A stretch of 64,000 nucleotides of DNA from IMG/VR virus record IMGVR_UViG_2541047086_000003, positions 62,001 through 126,000 of that record; one strand, given 5' to 3'. The notes beneath the pieces were generated by a model, which was given only the letters and a program-made list of their open reading frames with translations, was not told where the DNA came from and did not search any database. How positions within the stretch are numbered: position 1 is the first letter of the stretch; every line of letters starts with the position of its first letter. Shown here in pieces: positions 39,129 through 49,294 of this stretch. The DNA is from an uncultured virus (IMG/VR IMGVR_UViG_2541047086_000003) (Duplodnaviria; Heunggongvirae; Uroviricota; Caudoviricetes). The translations under genes were made by a program, and so were the position numbers.

Positions 39129-39631
39129 GTATGATGGTCGAACATATGACAACTGTATTCAGAACCATTATGAATGATACAGAATTGAATCGTCTTTTAT
39201 ATTATAAAGATGACCCTCTCTCCTCTTCTCTCCCTGACGTTCAGACGTTGGAAAATTATTATGATCCAGTTGATGATTCCCCATCGATATTAAGCTCCAT
39301 AATTAAACGTGCTCCCAAAACTGATGATTTAACCGATCAACCAATTTGCAGGCTTTGTGTTTATCTTGGCAATGGAATCCCTAAACCCTCAATCCAAAGT
39401 GCGATGCTGCTAGATCAAGATTTGATGATTGATGTTTATACACACATTAACACCTATGAAGAGACTGAATTCAGGAACCTGAAAATTACTGATCGTATTT
39501 GTGACATGCTCTTCAATCAAAATTTTGCTGGTATCGGTAAAAATGTTAAATACACAAGACTGCTCATATCGAATGCACCTGAAGGGTATTTGGGATACAA
39601 ATTAATATTCACTTTCGGAGCTATGAAATGA
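39125..39631 (+). CDS. yomW: Putative tail completion protein (YomW-like)
   Basis: 168 aa, synteny. Confidence 0.6.
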   Translation: MSMMVEHMTTVFRTIMNDTELNRLLYYKDDPLSSSLPDVQTLENYYDPVDDSPSILSSIIKRAPKTDDLTDQPICRLCVYLGNGIPKPSIQSAMLLDQDLMIDVYTHINTYEETEFRNLKITDRICDMLFNQNFAGIGKNVKYTRLLISNAPEGYLGYKLIFTFGAMK

Positions 39632-40356
39632 TTGATATGGAGTTTTTCATTACCGGAGAACCTATCTCTACAGAACTTGGTGAATGTAGATTCATTAAAG
39701 TTAAAGAGTATGGTCAGTTAGCCAATTATTTAAGGCTAATCAAAATGTCCAAAAAAGAGATTATTTACGTTTATAGCAAAGAAGATGTTAATCGTTTCGG
39801 GGAACTTGATGAGCTTGTTGCTGAATTAAAGAAAATGACTCTTTATGAAATTTCGGGTACCCTTCCTAATTTTCAAGAAGCCTATAGCACAGTGTTTTCT
39901 AAAATGTTCAATGGAGAAGAAATACTGGATAAGCTTACTCCAGACAACTTCGATTCCATTAGAGAACTTGTATTAAAAATGTGTTGTTTGAAGGAAGAAA
40001 AAATAAGCTCCAATCCTGAAATTCAAAAAGCTAATGAGCGAAGCAAAAGAGTCAAGAGTCAAGATGGTGATTCAGTTGATATGGCAGATATCATTAGCAC
40101 AGTGTCGACTTATACAGGCTACCTTTATAAAGACATTAATGACATGACCCTGTTTCAACTTTATATGACTTATCACCGGATTGCTCAATTCAAGCAATAT
40201 GACACTTCTACCCTATTTGCTACAGTTTCACCAGAAGCAGGCAAGAACATTGTGAACTGGGATAAACACATTGACTTATTTGAGGAAGAGAAACATTACA
40301 TAAGCCGGGATAAATTTATAAATGAGACCAAAGGTCTTTCTAAGGGCAGCAAATAG
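39628..40356 (+). CDS. yomV: YomV-like tail-associated protein
   Basis: 242 aa, synteny. Confidence 0.6.
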   Translation: MIDMEFFITGEPISTELGECRFIKVKEYGQLANYLRLIKMSKKEIIYVYSKEDVNRFGELDELVAELKKMTLYEISGTLPNFQEAYSTVFSKMFNGEEILDKLTPDNFDSIRELVLKMCCLKEEKISSNPEIQKANERSKRVKSQDGDSVDMADIISTVSTYTGYLYKDINDMTLFQLYMTYHRIAQFKQYDTSTLFATVSPEAGKNIVNWDKHIDLFEEEKHYISRDKFINETKGLSKGSK

Positions 40357-40390
40357 CTGTTCTTTTTTATTTTAAGGAGGAAATCTATAG

Positions 40391-41185
40391 ATGAAAACAG
40401 TTATTCAAGATACAGCTGATGTTTATTTCAGAAGAAAATCTGATGGTCAGCTTGTATTCACAGCAGAAGCACAAACAGCTTCATTCTCCCAAACCATCTC
40501 CGAAGAAAAACTTCGTGGTGGTATCGGAAATAAACCACTTTATATCTTGAAGTCTGAAAAAGAAATCAATCTTACTGTCAAGAATGCATATTTCGACTTA
40601 GAGTGGTTAGCAATGACACAAGGTGAAACAATTGAAGAAGAAGCAAAAGTTCAGGTTTTCGACCGTGAACATGGTCTAATTGTTGATGACAAAAATGCGG
40701 TTACACTTAAAGGTAAACCGGTAAGTGATGTAACCTTCTTCAACAAAAGAGGTGTTACGTACAAGACACCTGTGTCAACAGATGGATCTTATTTAATTCC
40801 TACTGGATTTGCTGGCACTAAAGAGAAATTAACTGCAGTGTACCAGATCAACAAAATCGGTAGACGCCTCCCTATTAAAGCGAGCAAATTCTCTGAGCGA
40901 TATGAAGTTGAATACCGTACAATTGCCTATAATCCTGACACTGAAGAGGTTTACAGTGATATCTACATTCAATTCCCTAACGTATCTCCTTCTGGCGAAT
41001 TTGAAATGTCGCTCGAAAACGGTAATGCATTAGCACCAGAAATTAAATTTGAAGCACTGGCGGATACTGACACTGATGAGATGGCTGTTGTTATTGAAGC
41101 GAGTAGAGAAATTAACTTTGTCAAAGACCCAGATCCTGGATCTGATACAGAAACACAAACTAAATCCGTAGACGTTGGCAATTAA
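40391..41185 (+). CDS. yomU: Putative major tail protein (YomU-like)
   Basis: 264 aa, strong RBS AAGGAGG, position in tail module. Confidence 0.7.
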   Translation: MKTVIQDTADVYFRRKSDGQLVFTAEAQTASFSQTISEEKLRGGIGNKPLYILKSEKEINLTVKNAYFDLEWLAMTQGETIEEEAKVQVFDREHGLIVDDKNAVTLKGKPVSDVTFFNKRGVTYKTPVSTDGSYLIPTGFAGTKEKLTAVYQINKIGRRLPIKASKFSERYEVEYRTIAYNPDTEEVYSDIYIQFPNVSPSGEFEMSLENGNALAPEIKFEALADTDTDEMAVVIEASREINFVKDPDPGSDTETQTKSVDVGN

Positions 41186-41205
41186 TTTTACAGGAGTGAT
41201 TTTTA

Positions 41206-41673
41206 ATGGCAGCAAAACTTAATGATTTCGATGGTGTAAAATCTTCAGCTAGAGATGATGGAAACGGTGGCTTAGTAACTGACATTCATCTCAAATCACA
41301 AGAAAAGCCTCTACAAGTTGACTTCCCTCAAGCTGGTTTAGATGCTATCAAAGGCATCCAAGTACAATCCCCTTCCGTGACCTTGAATGAAAGAGATCCC
41401 GGTTTCTCCTCTTTTAAAACGGATAAATTCACTGTTACTTCAACAGCTCAAAAAGTTACCGCAGGTATCACTGACAGAACAGCACTTACTATTTATCCTC
41501 CCGCAGAAGGCACGGTTTACATTGGAAACTCTACTGTAACCGCTGATACAGGTATCCCATTGACAGCCGGTGACAAACCTTTTTCGGTGCCTGTTGCTGC
41601 TGGCAAAACACTTTATGTCTATGTGATCAATGACGGTACTGACAGGGATGTAAGAGTATTTGAAGCTAAATAA
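41206..41673 (+). CDS. Hypothetical virion protein
   Basis: 155 aa, Thr/Val-rich. Confidence 0.7.
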   Translation: MAAKLNDFDGVKSSARDDGNGGLVTDIHLKSQEKPLQVDFPQAGLDAIKGIQVQSPSVTLNERDPGFSSFKTDKFTVTSTAQKVTAGITDRTALTIYPPAEGTVYIGNSTVTADTGIPLTAGDKPFSVPVAAGKTLYVYVINDGTDRDVRVFEAK

Positions 41674-41735
41674 TTTGAGGGGATCCTTCCCCTCTCCTTT
41701 TTAAATAAAAGTCAGTTTTTAAACAGACTTAGGAG

Positions 41736-42101
41736 GTGGAGTTGTTGACAGAAACCGATGAAAATATTTTAAAAACCATTCCAGATAAAGCAACCTTTAC
41801 ATTCCACGAAGCAACAACTGCCCCGTCTGAAGGTGAAGAATTTGTAGTATCACATTATCGGGATATTACTGTTAAGATCTCTGGTTCCTCAACTTCAAGA
41901 GAAATAAAATTCTTTGCCGTAGATGAAAATGGTGAAAAGACAGAAATTGCTGGAACAAACAAAACTGATTTTCAATTAGGTACGGGCACATTGAATACAA
42001 ATGAAAACTGGGATTTCGATATTGCGGGGCTTTTCAAATTCATGGTTGAGGTCATTTCCGTAAATGGAGATGTTACGGTTAAAGGAATTGCGGTGAGTTA
42101 A
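41736..42101 (+). CDS. yomS: YomS-like tail protein
   Basis: Start probably TTG 41745 after AGGAGGTG; synteny. Confidence 0.6.
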   Translation: MELLTETDENILKTIPDKATFTFHEATTAPSEGEEFVVSHYRDITVKISGSSTSREIKFFAVDENGEKTEIAGTNKTDFQLGTGTLNTNENWDFDIAGLFKFMVEVISVNGDVTVKGIAVS

Positions 42102-43435
42102 TGAGCAGCAGTAAATTTGTAGGTCAGCTCAAACAAAACAATATACAAATCAATAATCTTAAAGATCAATTTTACAGAACTGAAGCTCATATGTCTGATC
42201 ATGAAAAGCGTTTATCTGACAAAGTCGATGATTTCATGGAAAAGCAAAATTCAGAGTTAAAGTCGCATACTCAGAACACAGAAAACCCGCACCATGTAAC
42301 TAAAGAGCAAGTCGGATTATCAAATGTGCTCAATGAAGAGCAAGCCACAAAGGTAGCTTTTGATGGCCATCTTGAGGATAAGAAAAATCCCCATGCAGTT
42401 ACAAAAAGTCAAGTTGGGTTGTCTAAGGTTGATAATATTCAACAGGCATCGAAGGTGGATTTTGATGCTCACGATGCAGACCAGGATAGACATATCACAA
42501 AGGATGAGCGCAGTTATTGGAACAGTTCCGATGAAAGGTCAAAGTCTTTTTTAGCTGAACATACTGACAATCAATCAAACCCACACAAGGTTACTGCTGA
42601 ACAGATTGGACTTGGGAATGTAGACAATGTAAAACAAGCTACTAAAAGTGACTTTGATAATCATCTGAATGACACTAATGTCCATATCAACAAATCTGAT
42701 CGGGATAGATGGGACGCTACTCAACTTTTCAAGCTCACTGCTGATGATGGAAAAATATTCTACAAGGGTAGCTCCGAAAAAACGGAGTACAACGATTTGA
42801 TTAACACTGGATTTTATTTAATCGCCAACCAGGGACTTCACTCCCCTGCCAACTTATCCAATGTCTATTTAGTTGTTATGAACTATGGAACTACAATTGC
42901 ACAATTCGCATTAGAATCGTATTACGGAACACATACTTATTTCCGTTTTAGAAAAAGCGATTCAACGTGGACTTCTTGGCAAACACATGAAACGACTGAC
43001 GGAGCACAAACCAGAGCCACTTCCGCACTCAACTCAGCGAAAGCCTACACCGATGCCCACGAAGCAAAAACTGATATTCACGTTACTTTAGATGACAAAG
43101 CCAGATGGAGTGGTACATCAGGTTCTTGGAACCCAGTCACACTTATTAATGGAGCTACACAATACTCCACTTACCCTTTCAAATTCTCAAGTGTAAATAA
43201 CGTGCTATGGCTAAGAGGATCTTTCGGAACATTGCCGGCCATTGGAACTGCAGTTGCTAAATTCTCAACCAAGCCAACACAGCTGGTGGATTTTGTAGTA
43301 CCCACAATTGGATCATATGGAACAGCGAGATTTGCCTTCACAACAGATGGAGATTTACGTTTTGATGGATTGTACGCTAATGACATTAACAGTGTTTCCA
43401 GAGTTTCATTTAATATAGGAATTCCTTTATGGTAG
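42101..43435 (+). CDS. yomR: Tail fibre protein (YomR-like)
   Basis: Three NPHxVTxxQxGLxxV repeats and a pyocin-knob-like TGFY...WTSW segment. Confidence 0.8.
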   Translation: MSSSKFVGQLKQNNIQINNLKDQFYRTEAHMSDHEKRLSDKVDDFMEKQNSELKSHTQNTENPHHVTKEQVGLSNVLNEEQATKVAFDGHLEDKKNPHAVTKSQVGLSKVDNIQQASKVDFDAHDADQDRHITKDERSYWNSSDERSKSFLAEHTDNQSNPHKVTAEQIGLGNVDNVKQATKSDFDNHLNDTNVHINKSDRDRWDATQLFKLTADDGKIFYKGSSEKTEYNDLINTGFYLIANQGLHSPANLSNVYLVVMNYGTTIAQFALESYYGTHTYFRFRKSDSTWTSWQTHETTDGAQTRATSALNSAKAYTDAHEAKTDIHVTLDDKARWSGTSGSWNPVTLINGATQYSTYPFKFSSVNNVLWLRGSFGTLPAIGTAVAKFSTKPTQLVDFVVPTIGSYGTARFAFTTDGDLRFDGLYANDINSVSRVSFNIGIPLW

Positions 43436-43449
43436 TAGGTGAAAATATT

Positions 43450-43767
43450 ATGCATGTTCTTTATTACGATGAGAACTTTATGTACGCTGGAGAAGACTTC
43501 ATTGAAGGCGATGCTCTTCCTCCAAATAGTACAACTGCTGTCCCAGACCCCACAATAATCTTACCCAAATATGATCCCAAGAAAAATAAATGGATTGAAT
43601 CAGCAACTGAAGAATACAAGGATAGCGTTAAGCCAGATATTCCTGAGCCTAGCGATATTGACATTTTAGGACAAACACTGTCCCAACTCCGTATAAGCTT
43701 GTTACAAGTTAACAAAACAATAGATGCAATATTAAAAGATATTGATGATCTAAAAGGAGGTTCATAA
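43450..43767 (+). CDS. yomQ: Tail fibre assembly-like protein (YomQ-like)
   Basis: MHVLYYDENFMYAGED...PPNSTTAVP...PKYD...WIESAT. Confidence 0.65.
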   Translation: MHVLYYDENFMYAGEDFIEGDALPPNSTTAVPDPTIILPKYDPKKNKWIESATEEYKDSVKPDIPEPSDIDILGQTLSQLRISLLQVNKTIDAILKDIDDLKGGS

Positions 43768-43768
43768 A

Positions 43769-43963
43769 ATAACTACATATAACTATTGGGTTAAGGCCCT
43801 GAGTCGGAAATGGGCAACCGTCGAGCAAGTCAAAGAAGCCTACCAGGAATTCAACGATGTGACAAAAGAAGAGCTACAATTAGGCGTAAAGAATGGTTTA
43901 GTCACTTTGGAGGAGTACAAAGAAATCACTGGCGAAGACTACAAAGAAGCAGACACGGAATAA
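43769..43963 (+). CDS. XkdX-family protein (YomP-like) with an ATA codon at the start position
   Basis: Hand-translated xTTYNYWVKALSRKWAT...GLVTLEEYKEITGEDY; RBS AAAGGAGG 8 nt upstream of ATA. Confidence 0.7.
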   Translation: MTTYNYWVKALSRKWATVEQVKEAYQEFNDVTKEELQLGVKNGLVTLEEYKEITGEDYKEADTE

Positions 43964-43979
43964 AATACAAGTTTTATTT

Positions 43980-44011
43980 AGACACCTCTCCCCTTTTGAG
44001 GTGTCTTTTTT
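43980..44011 (+). terminator. Rho-independent terminator
   Basis: AGACACCTC/GAGGTGTCT stem plus T-run. Confidence 0.75.
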
Positions 44012-44043
44012 AATGAGTTCAGGATATATAAGGAGGAAATGAG

Positions 44044-44529
44044 ATGGCATCGAAAAAATTAAATTTTGGATTAATTGAAGAAAGTGTGAGCAAATACGAT
44101 AAGAAAGAAAAAGTACAACTCACTGATGACGTACATGTCTTTATTTACCCACACTTTGCCCCTTCTCGCATATCCAAAATGTTTATTGAGATAATTAAAG
44201 ACCCCGAACGAGCTGAAGAAAAAGGGATTGATTTTAAGAAGATCAATTATTTCGATTGGATAGCTTTTTCACTAATTAAAGAATTTACGGATTTAGGCAT
44301 TCCAAATGATATTAAGAATAAGATCAAATGGTTTCACAACCTTACTGACTCTGAATTTTTCCCATTGATTCTAAGTAGCTTCCCTGAAGAAAGCATAAAG
44401 AAACTTGGTGAAGCAGCAAAGATGATTCAAGATAATTTAGATAAACTTTCAAATATGTCTCAAGAAGAAATAATTGACCTTGTCATTAACAAGGTCGAAG
44501 AGATTGAAAATGAACAAGAGGCTGAATAA
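44044..44529 (+). CDS. yomO: YomO-like protein, possible tail assembly chaperone
   Basis: 161 aa, RBS AAGGAGG, synteny. Confidence 0.6.
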   Translation: MASKKLNFGLIEESVSKYDKKEKVQLTDDVHVFIYPHFAPSRISKMFIEIIKDPERAEEKGIDFKKINYFDWIAFSLIKEFTDLGIPNDIKNKIKWFHNLTDSEFFPLILSSFPEESIKKLGEAAKMIQDNLDKLSNMSQEEIIDLVINKVEEIENEQEAE

Positions 44530-44945
44530 TGGCCAAAAAGATAAAGGAAATAGCAGCACTAATTGAATTTGCCGCGAAGCAAGCCGTTCAAAAACAATCA
44601 AGCACAAAAAATACGATGATTAAAACAGGTCAAGAGCATGTGCAATCTGATGTGTATGACACCTATGACCCCCTTGTATATGAACGTACTTCTCTTTTGA
44701 AGGACTCCTTTGTCATTCAAAACGAATCTAACGGACTCTCATTAGACAATACCCGTAAAGACAACGGTAAGGATGTTGCCACGGTTGTTGAGACTGGTCA
44801 AGGATACACGTATCCAGATAAATACGGTTATGGTTACGGAAAACCTCGCCCATTTATGAAGAATACCGCTGAATCGTTAAAAGATGGAAGATTAGTTGCT
44901 GCTATAAAAAAAGATTTAAATACAAGTGGTATTAAAACAGAATAA
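44529..44945 (+). CDS. yomN: YomN-like neck/tail protein (HK97 gp10-like)
   Basis: YERT...L and PRPFM motifs. Confidence 0.65.
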   Translation: MAKKIKEIAALIEFAAKQAVQKQSSTKNTMIKTGQEHVQSDVYDTYDPLVYERTSLLKDSFVIQNESNGLSLDNTRKDNGKDVATVVETGQGYTYPDKYGYGYGKPRPFMKNTAESLKDGRLVAAIKKDLNTSGIKTE

Positions 44946-44958
44946 CGGTGGTGTATTA

Positions 44959-45960
44959 ATGGCCAGAGAAATAAAACAAAACATGATGCGCTCTAGAGCC
45001 GAAAAGTTGCCCGAAGTCACAGATGAAATGTGGGGTCAGGTTGATGACGAGCATAGAAGCTTAACACAAGAATTTCTTGATGCCCACTCATTCCGAGATA
45101 AAACTAGGAAGCAATACAACTCCTCTCTTCGCCAGTTCTTCTGGTGGGTGCATAATTCTTTGAATGGGAAGAAGCTTTACAAAATATCCAAAAGGGATTT
45201 CATCAGATATCAAAGCTTCCTGAAAAATAGAGGGATGTCTTCAAGTGGAATAGCTTTAAAAAAGGCTGGAGTATCTTCTTTAAATAACTACATTGAAAAT
45301 GTTGTTGCTGAAGATGACGATAATTACAAATCATTCAGAAACTTCACAAGAGGTCTTCCTGCCATCCCTAAAACAACCACGTATGAGAAAGTAAAGGTTA
45401 CTTACGATGAATACAGAACAATGATGAAAGTGCTTGAAGAAGATAAAAACTATTTGGGAATGGCTTGGTTAGCTACTGCCTTTAATGTAGGTGCCAGAAG
45501 AGCTGAAATTATTCAGTTTAAAACCGAAATCCTGAATTATGAGATACCTGAAGGTCAATCTTATGTCATGGCTCACAAAGTTCTTGGAAAAGGAAAAGGC
45601 GAAGGAAAACCCCTCGACTACATGATTAACACAGAAGCTCTGGAATATTTGAAGCTTTGGCATGAACAACGGGGATATGACCATGAATATTTATTTACTA
45701 CACAGTACGGTGGCCAACCAAGACAAATGTCAGAGGGGTGGGCTGACTATTTTTGTTCTGATGTTCTTTCTGATATCCTCGGTCGCCGCATTAACCCTCA
45801 CCTCTTTAAGGCCTCCTGTATTACTTACCTTCTTGAAGTCAAGAAAATTAAGATTGAGCTCGTGAGTAAATATGTTGCACAGCATAATGACGTGTCTACA
45901 ACAATTAAGCATTACGACCTTCGTGATTTTAAAGAAGAAAAGAATCAAATCTTCTCGTAA
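44959..45960 (+). CDS. yomM: Tyrosine recombinase (YomM-like)
   Basis: GARRAE (R), GKGK (K), HLFK (HxxK), QHN (H), HYD (Y); N-terminal SAM-like domain. Confidence 0.9.
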   Translation: MAREIKQNMMRSRAEKLPEVTDEMWGQVDDEHRSLTQEFLDAHSFRDKTRKQYNSSLRQFFWWVHNSLNGKKLYKISKRDFIRYQSFLKNRGMSSSGIALKKAGVSSLNNYIENVVAEDDDNYKSFRNFTRGLPAIPKTTTYEKVKVTYDEYRTMMKVLEEDKNYLGMAWLATAFNVGARRAEIIQFKTEILNYEIPEGQSYVMAHKVLGKGKGEGKPLDYMINTEALEYLKLWHEQRGYDHEYLFTTQYGGQPRQMSEGWADYFCSDVLSDILGRRINPHLFKASCITYLLEVKKIKIELVSKYVAQHNDVSTTIKHYDLRDFKEEKNQIFS

Positions 45961-45965
45961 ACATT

Positions 45966-46220
45966 ATGAGTCTCTTCAATCCTCACCAAAGTTCAATTGA
46001 GAATATGCAACAGCAAATTAATGAATTGAACGAAGCTGTTGCTGAATTAACTAGGCTGCTTGATACTAAAGCAGATAAGAATCAATTCGGGTCTAAACAG
46101 ATTGATGAATCCAAGATCAGTGACGGTAAAGTTCTTGTTTACAATGCAAGCACCGGTAAACTTGAATACGGAAAGATTAAGAAAAGCTTGTTGGGAGACA
46201 TATCAATTGATTTGCTTTAG
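45966..46220 (+). CDS. Hypothetical coiled-coil protein
   Basis: 84-aa ORF directly after the recombinase. Confidence 0.6.
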   Translation: MSLFNPHQSSIENMQQQINELNEAVAELTRLLDTKADKNQFGSKQIDESKISDGKVLVYNASTGKLEYGKIKKSLLGDISIDLL

Positions 46221-46334
46221 CGACACTCTTTATGAAATCCCTCTTTTATGCAGAATCAAAATCCTTCAATTGAGGGATTTTGCTTATGGATAAAACCTTA
46301 AACTTATTTCCATATTTGACGATAATATGGAGAG

Positions 46335-46757
46335 GTGAAAAATATGAATAAGACCATACTTAAACACAATTTAGTACAGATGGATAGTCGTGACCTAATC
46401 AAATATATACAAAAGGAATTCCCCCACTCAGGCGAACCCTACTCAGAACAAAAACGCAAATTGCAAATCCTAAAATCACTTAATCCATCAGATTTAACTT
46501 TAGCTATTTCCCGTATGACTCGAATTGAAGCGTCCTATGATCACACAAAAATGTGGACAGTTGGAAGTGTCCTCATAGGAACATGCTTACTATCTCTCAG
46601 AATTATGTTTAGTTTTAATTTGCTTTGGTATATTCTAATCGCAATAGCCATTTGCCTTCTCCTCCTTTTCAATGTACGAAAGGATAGGGATATTGTTATT
46701 ACTGCTACATATTTTAAAGAGTTACTCGAGCAGATTAAGTCTGAAAAAGGAAAGTGA
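46335..46757 (+). CDS. YomK-like 2-TM membrane protein
   Basis: 140 aa with a hydrophobic hairpin. Confidence 0.65.
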   Translation: MKNMNKTILKHNLVQMDSRDLIKYIQKEFPHSGEPYSEQKRKLQILKSLNPSDLTLAISRMTRIEASYDHTKMWTVGSVLIGTCLLSLRIMFSFNLLWYILIAIAICLLLLFNVRKDRDIVITATYFKELLEQIKSEKGK

Positions 46758-46830
46758 TCCTTCCCATTGCTGGTTCTAACCTTTTGGAAACCATGATATA
46801 ATGTAGGAAAATAATACTGGTGGTGGTTGG

Positions 46831-47457
46831 ATGAACTGGGCTATCATTCTAATTTTAGTGATTGGCGCTTTCATTATTATCGGGGTTTGCGCTTCAGATA
46901 AGCAAAAAGAAATGGATAAAAAAAGGGCAACCGAGATTGAGAGCATCGGGAACTTTCCTTCTAATTACAAGTCAATTATTAATCCCGATAAAAATGCAAA
47001 GCTTACATTGGTTGAACCGGATGATAAGTTTATGATCCACAAATTCAATCAATATGGAACACTGGAAGAAAAAATTATTCCCTTTGAAAAAATCATTGAA
47101 GCCGAGGTTTCAATTGATGATTGTACAGTTACAAAAGTATCCAAAGGAAGTCAAATAACCGGCGCTGTTGTTGGTGGATTAGCAGCAGGAAGCATTGGAG
47201 CTTTAGTTGGTGGGTTATCTTCCAATAAGACAGAAACAAAATACTTCAAAAAAATTGATTTGAAATTAAAACTCGATGATTTCTCCTCCCCTATTTACAG
47301 ATTTGATTTCCTGCCGAGTAAAGATGAATTTGGCCTAGAGAATGTTAAAGGGTTTAAACAGGATGATCCAAAAGTTAAAGATGCTTTATCAAATGCTGAA
47401 GTATGGCAAGGGATTATGGAGATTGCAATACGGAAAGCAAACAAAGTCGCTCAATAA
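46831..47457 (+). CDS. YomJ-like membrane protein (moron)
   Basis: N-terminal TM, glycine zipper GAVVGGLAAGSIGALVGG; own extended -10 (46794-46802) and terminator (47445-47471). Confidence 0.7.
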   Translation: MNWAIILILVIGAFIIIGVCASDKQKEMDKKRATEIESIGNFPSNYKSIINPDKNAKLTLVEPDDKFMIHKFNQYGTLEEKIIPFEKIIEAEVSIDDCTVTKVSKGSQITGAVVGGLAAGSIGALVGGLSSNKTETKYFKKIDLKLKLDDFSSPIYRFDFLPSKDEFGLENVKGFKQDDPKVKDALSNAEVWQGIMEIAIRKANKVAQ

Positions 47458-47503
47458 TGAGTGGCTTTTTTATATGCCCTATTCGAAAGGATGTGACCTA
47501 TAT

Positions 47504-49069
47504 TTGAGTCAAGATTTAAAGATCATACTCACACCCAAAGCTGATACTTCTTCAAAAACTGTCGAACAGTTAAATCAGCAAATTAAATCTTTAGAGAAAA
47601 AGCTAAATTCCCTTAATTTAAAGACCAATATTGATGCCTCTGCTTTAAAGACTCTCAACGATTTCTCCTCTGCAGTTGAAACTTATCAAAAACATCTCAA
47701 ATCCTTCAATCAAACAGTTAAAGAAACCACAACGATTACCAGAAATGCTGATGGTACTGTTGAAAAGCTTACGCAGCAGTATAAGAAAAATGGCGAAATC
47801 ATTCAGCGTGAAAAGAAATTCATCGACAATCGTAATCAATCACTACGTGAACAAACGCAAGAAGTTAACAGGCTTGCTCAAGCGACTGAAAAACTTGGTC
47901 AGGTACAGAAGAAAACAGAACAAAAGAATGCTCAAGGACAAACGACAAGGGTTACTCAAAAGAACCGCAATGGCTTTGACGATATTACCTATACAACTGA
48001 TCCAAAAACAAACGCTACTACATCTAAAGTAACAACGAATTATGATCAGCAACGAAAAGCAATTGAACAATTAAAACTGGATTTAGAAAAACTTAGACAG
48101 CAAGGAATTGTAACTGACACCACCCTCTCTTCCCTTGGACGGAAATTAAATACTGCTCAAACAGCACAACAAATTGAAGCATTACAAAACAGAATCAAAA
48201 TGCTCGATGATAAGTCTGCTGCTGTGGCGAAAAATAATGAGCTCAGAAAAACTATTGAGCTTTATCAACGCCAAGCACAAGTAAACGTACAAAACCTTAA
48301 TACGCGTTATGGCGATACGATGGGTGCTGGAAATAGACAAGCTATCCAAGAATATCTGAATGCAGTTAATAGTCTTAACTCAAGCGTCGGCGGAAGTAAT
48401 GTCAGATCTCAAATTCAAAGCTTGAACATGCAATTCAGGGAATTGGCTTCAAATGCTCAAACAGCGTCTAGTCAAGCCTCCTCTTTTGGCACAGAGTTAA
48501 CTCAAGCTTTCAAAAGTATGTCGACATATTTGATCTCCGGTTCTTTATTCTACGGTGCTATATCTGGGCTTAAGGAAATGGTCTCCCAGGCTGTTGAAAT
48601 TGATACTCTAATGACAAACATCAGACGTGTAATGAATGAGCCTGATTATAAGTACAATGAGCTACTCGAGGAATCAATAAACCTAGGCGACACCCTTTCA
48701 AACAAGATCACTGACATACTCCAAATGACTGGCGATTTCGGGCGTATGGGTTTCGATGAAAGTGAACTGTCTACGCTTACTAAAACCGCTCAGGTTCTAC
48801 AAAACGTCTCTGATTTAACTCCTGATGATACTGTTAACACCTTAACTGCCGCAATGTTAAACTTCAATATTGCTGCGAATGATTCTATTTCAATCGCAGA
48901 TAAGCTTAATGAAGTCGATAACAACTATGCTGTAACCACTCTTGACCTGGCGAATTCTATTCGAAAAGCAGGAAGCACCGCCTCTACTTTTGGCGTTGAA
49001 TTAAACGATCTAATTGGTTACACTACAGCAATTGCAAGTACCACCCGTGAAAGTGGAAATATAGTCGGT
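47504..49069 (+). CDS. yomI: Tape measure protein (YomI/CwlP-like), exon 1
   Basis: TTG start after AAAGGATGTG: MSQDLKIILTPKADTSS...; tape-measure domain ending in TTRESGNIVG. Confidence 0.9.
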
Positions 49070-49294
49070 AAAGTGATTGCTGACTTTAAATCTCTTCTGA
49101 TTGACTTGGAACTCCTAACGTTAAGACGAGGACGACAAGGGGCAAGCGTTATTGCAGCCTGAACGACTGAGCGAAGAGACGCTAAATTGCGAAGCGACAG
49201 TCTGAACTTCTATGGAAACATAGAGAGTATGATTGAAGTATCATACCGCCACATATAGTGGTCAGTAGCCTTTAAGGTGAAAGTAACAGAATTG
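49070..49294 (+). ncRNA. ORF-less group I intron (225 nt) in the tape measure gene
   Basis: P1 GUCGGU/GCUGAC with U49069-G wobble; P3 UCUCUUC/GAAGAGA; P7 GACUG/CAGUC; terminal G49294; removal gives [14 protein letters not shown]; in-frame stop inside the intron. Confidence 0.92.

Noticed and set aside
47342..49294. ORF-track starts at 47342 and 49277 as real starts
   Set aside because: 47342 overlaps the upstream gene, and TTG 47504 has an RBS. 49277 lies inside the intron.
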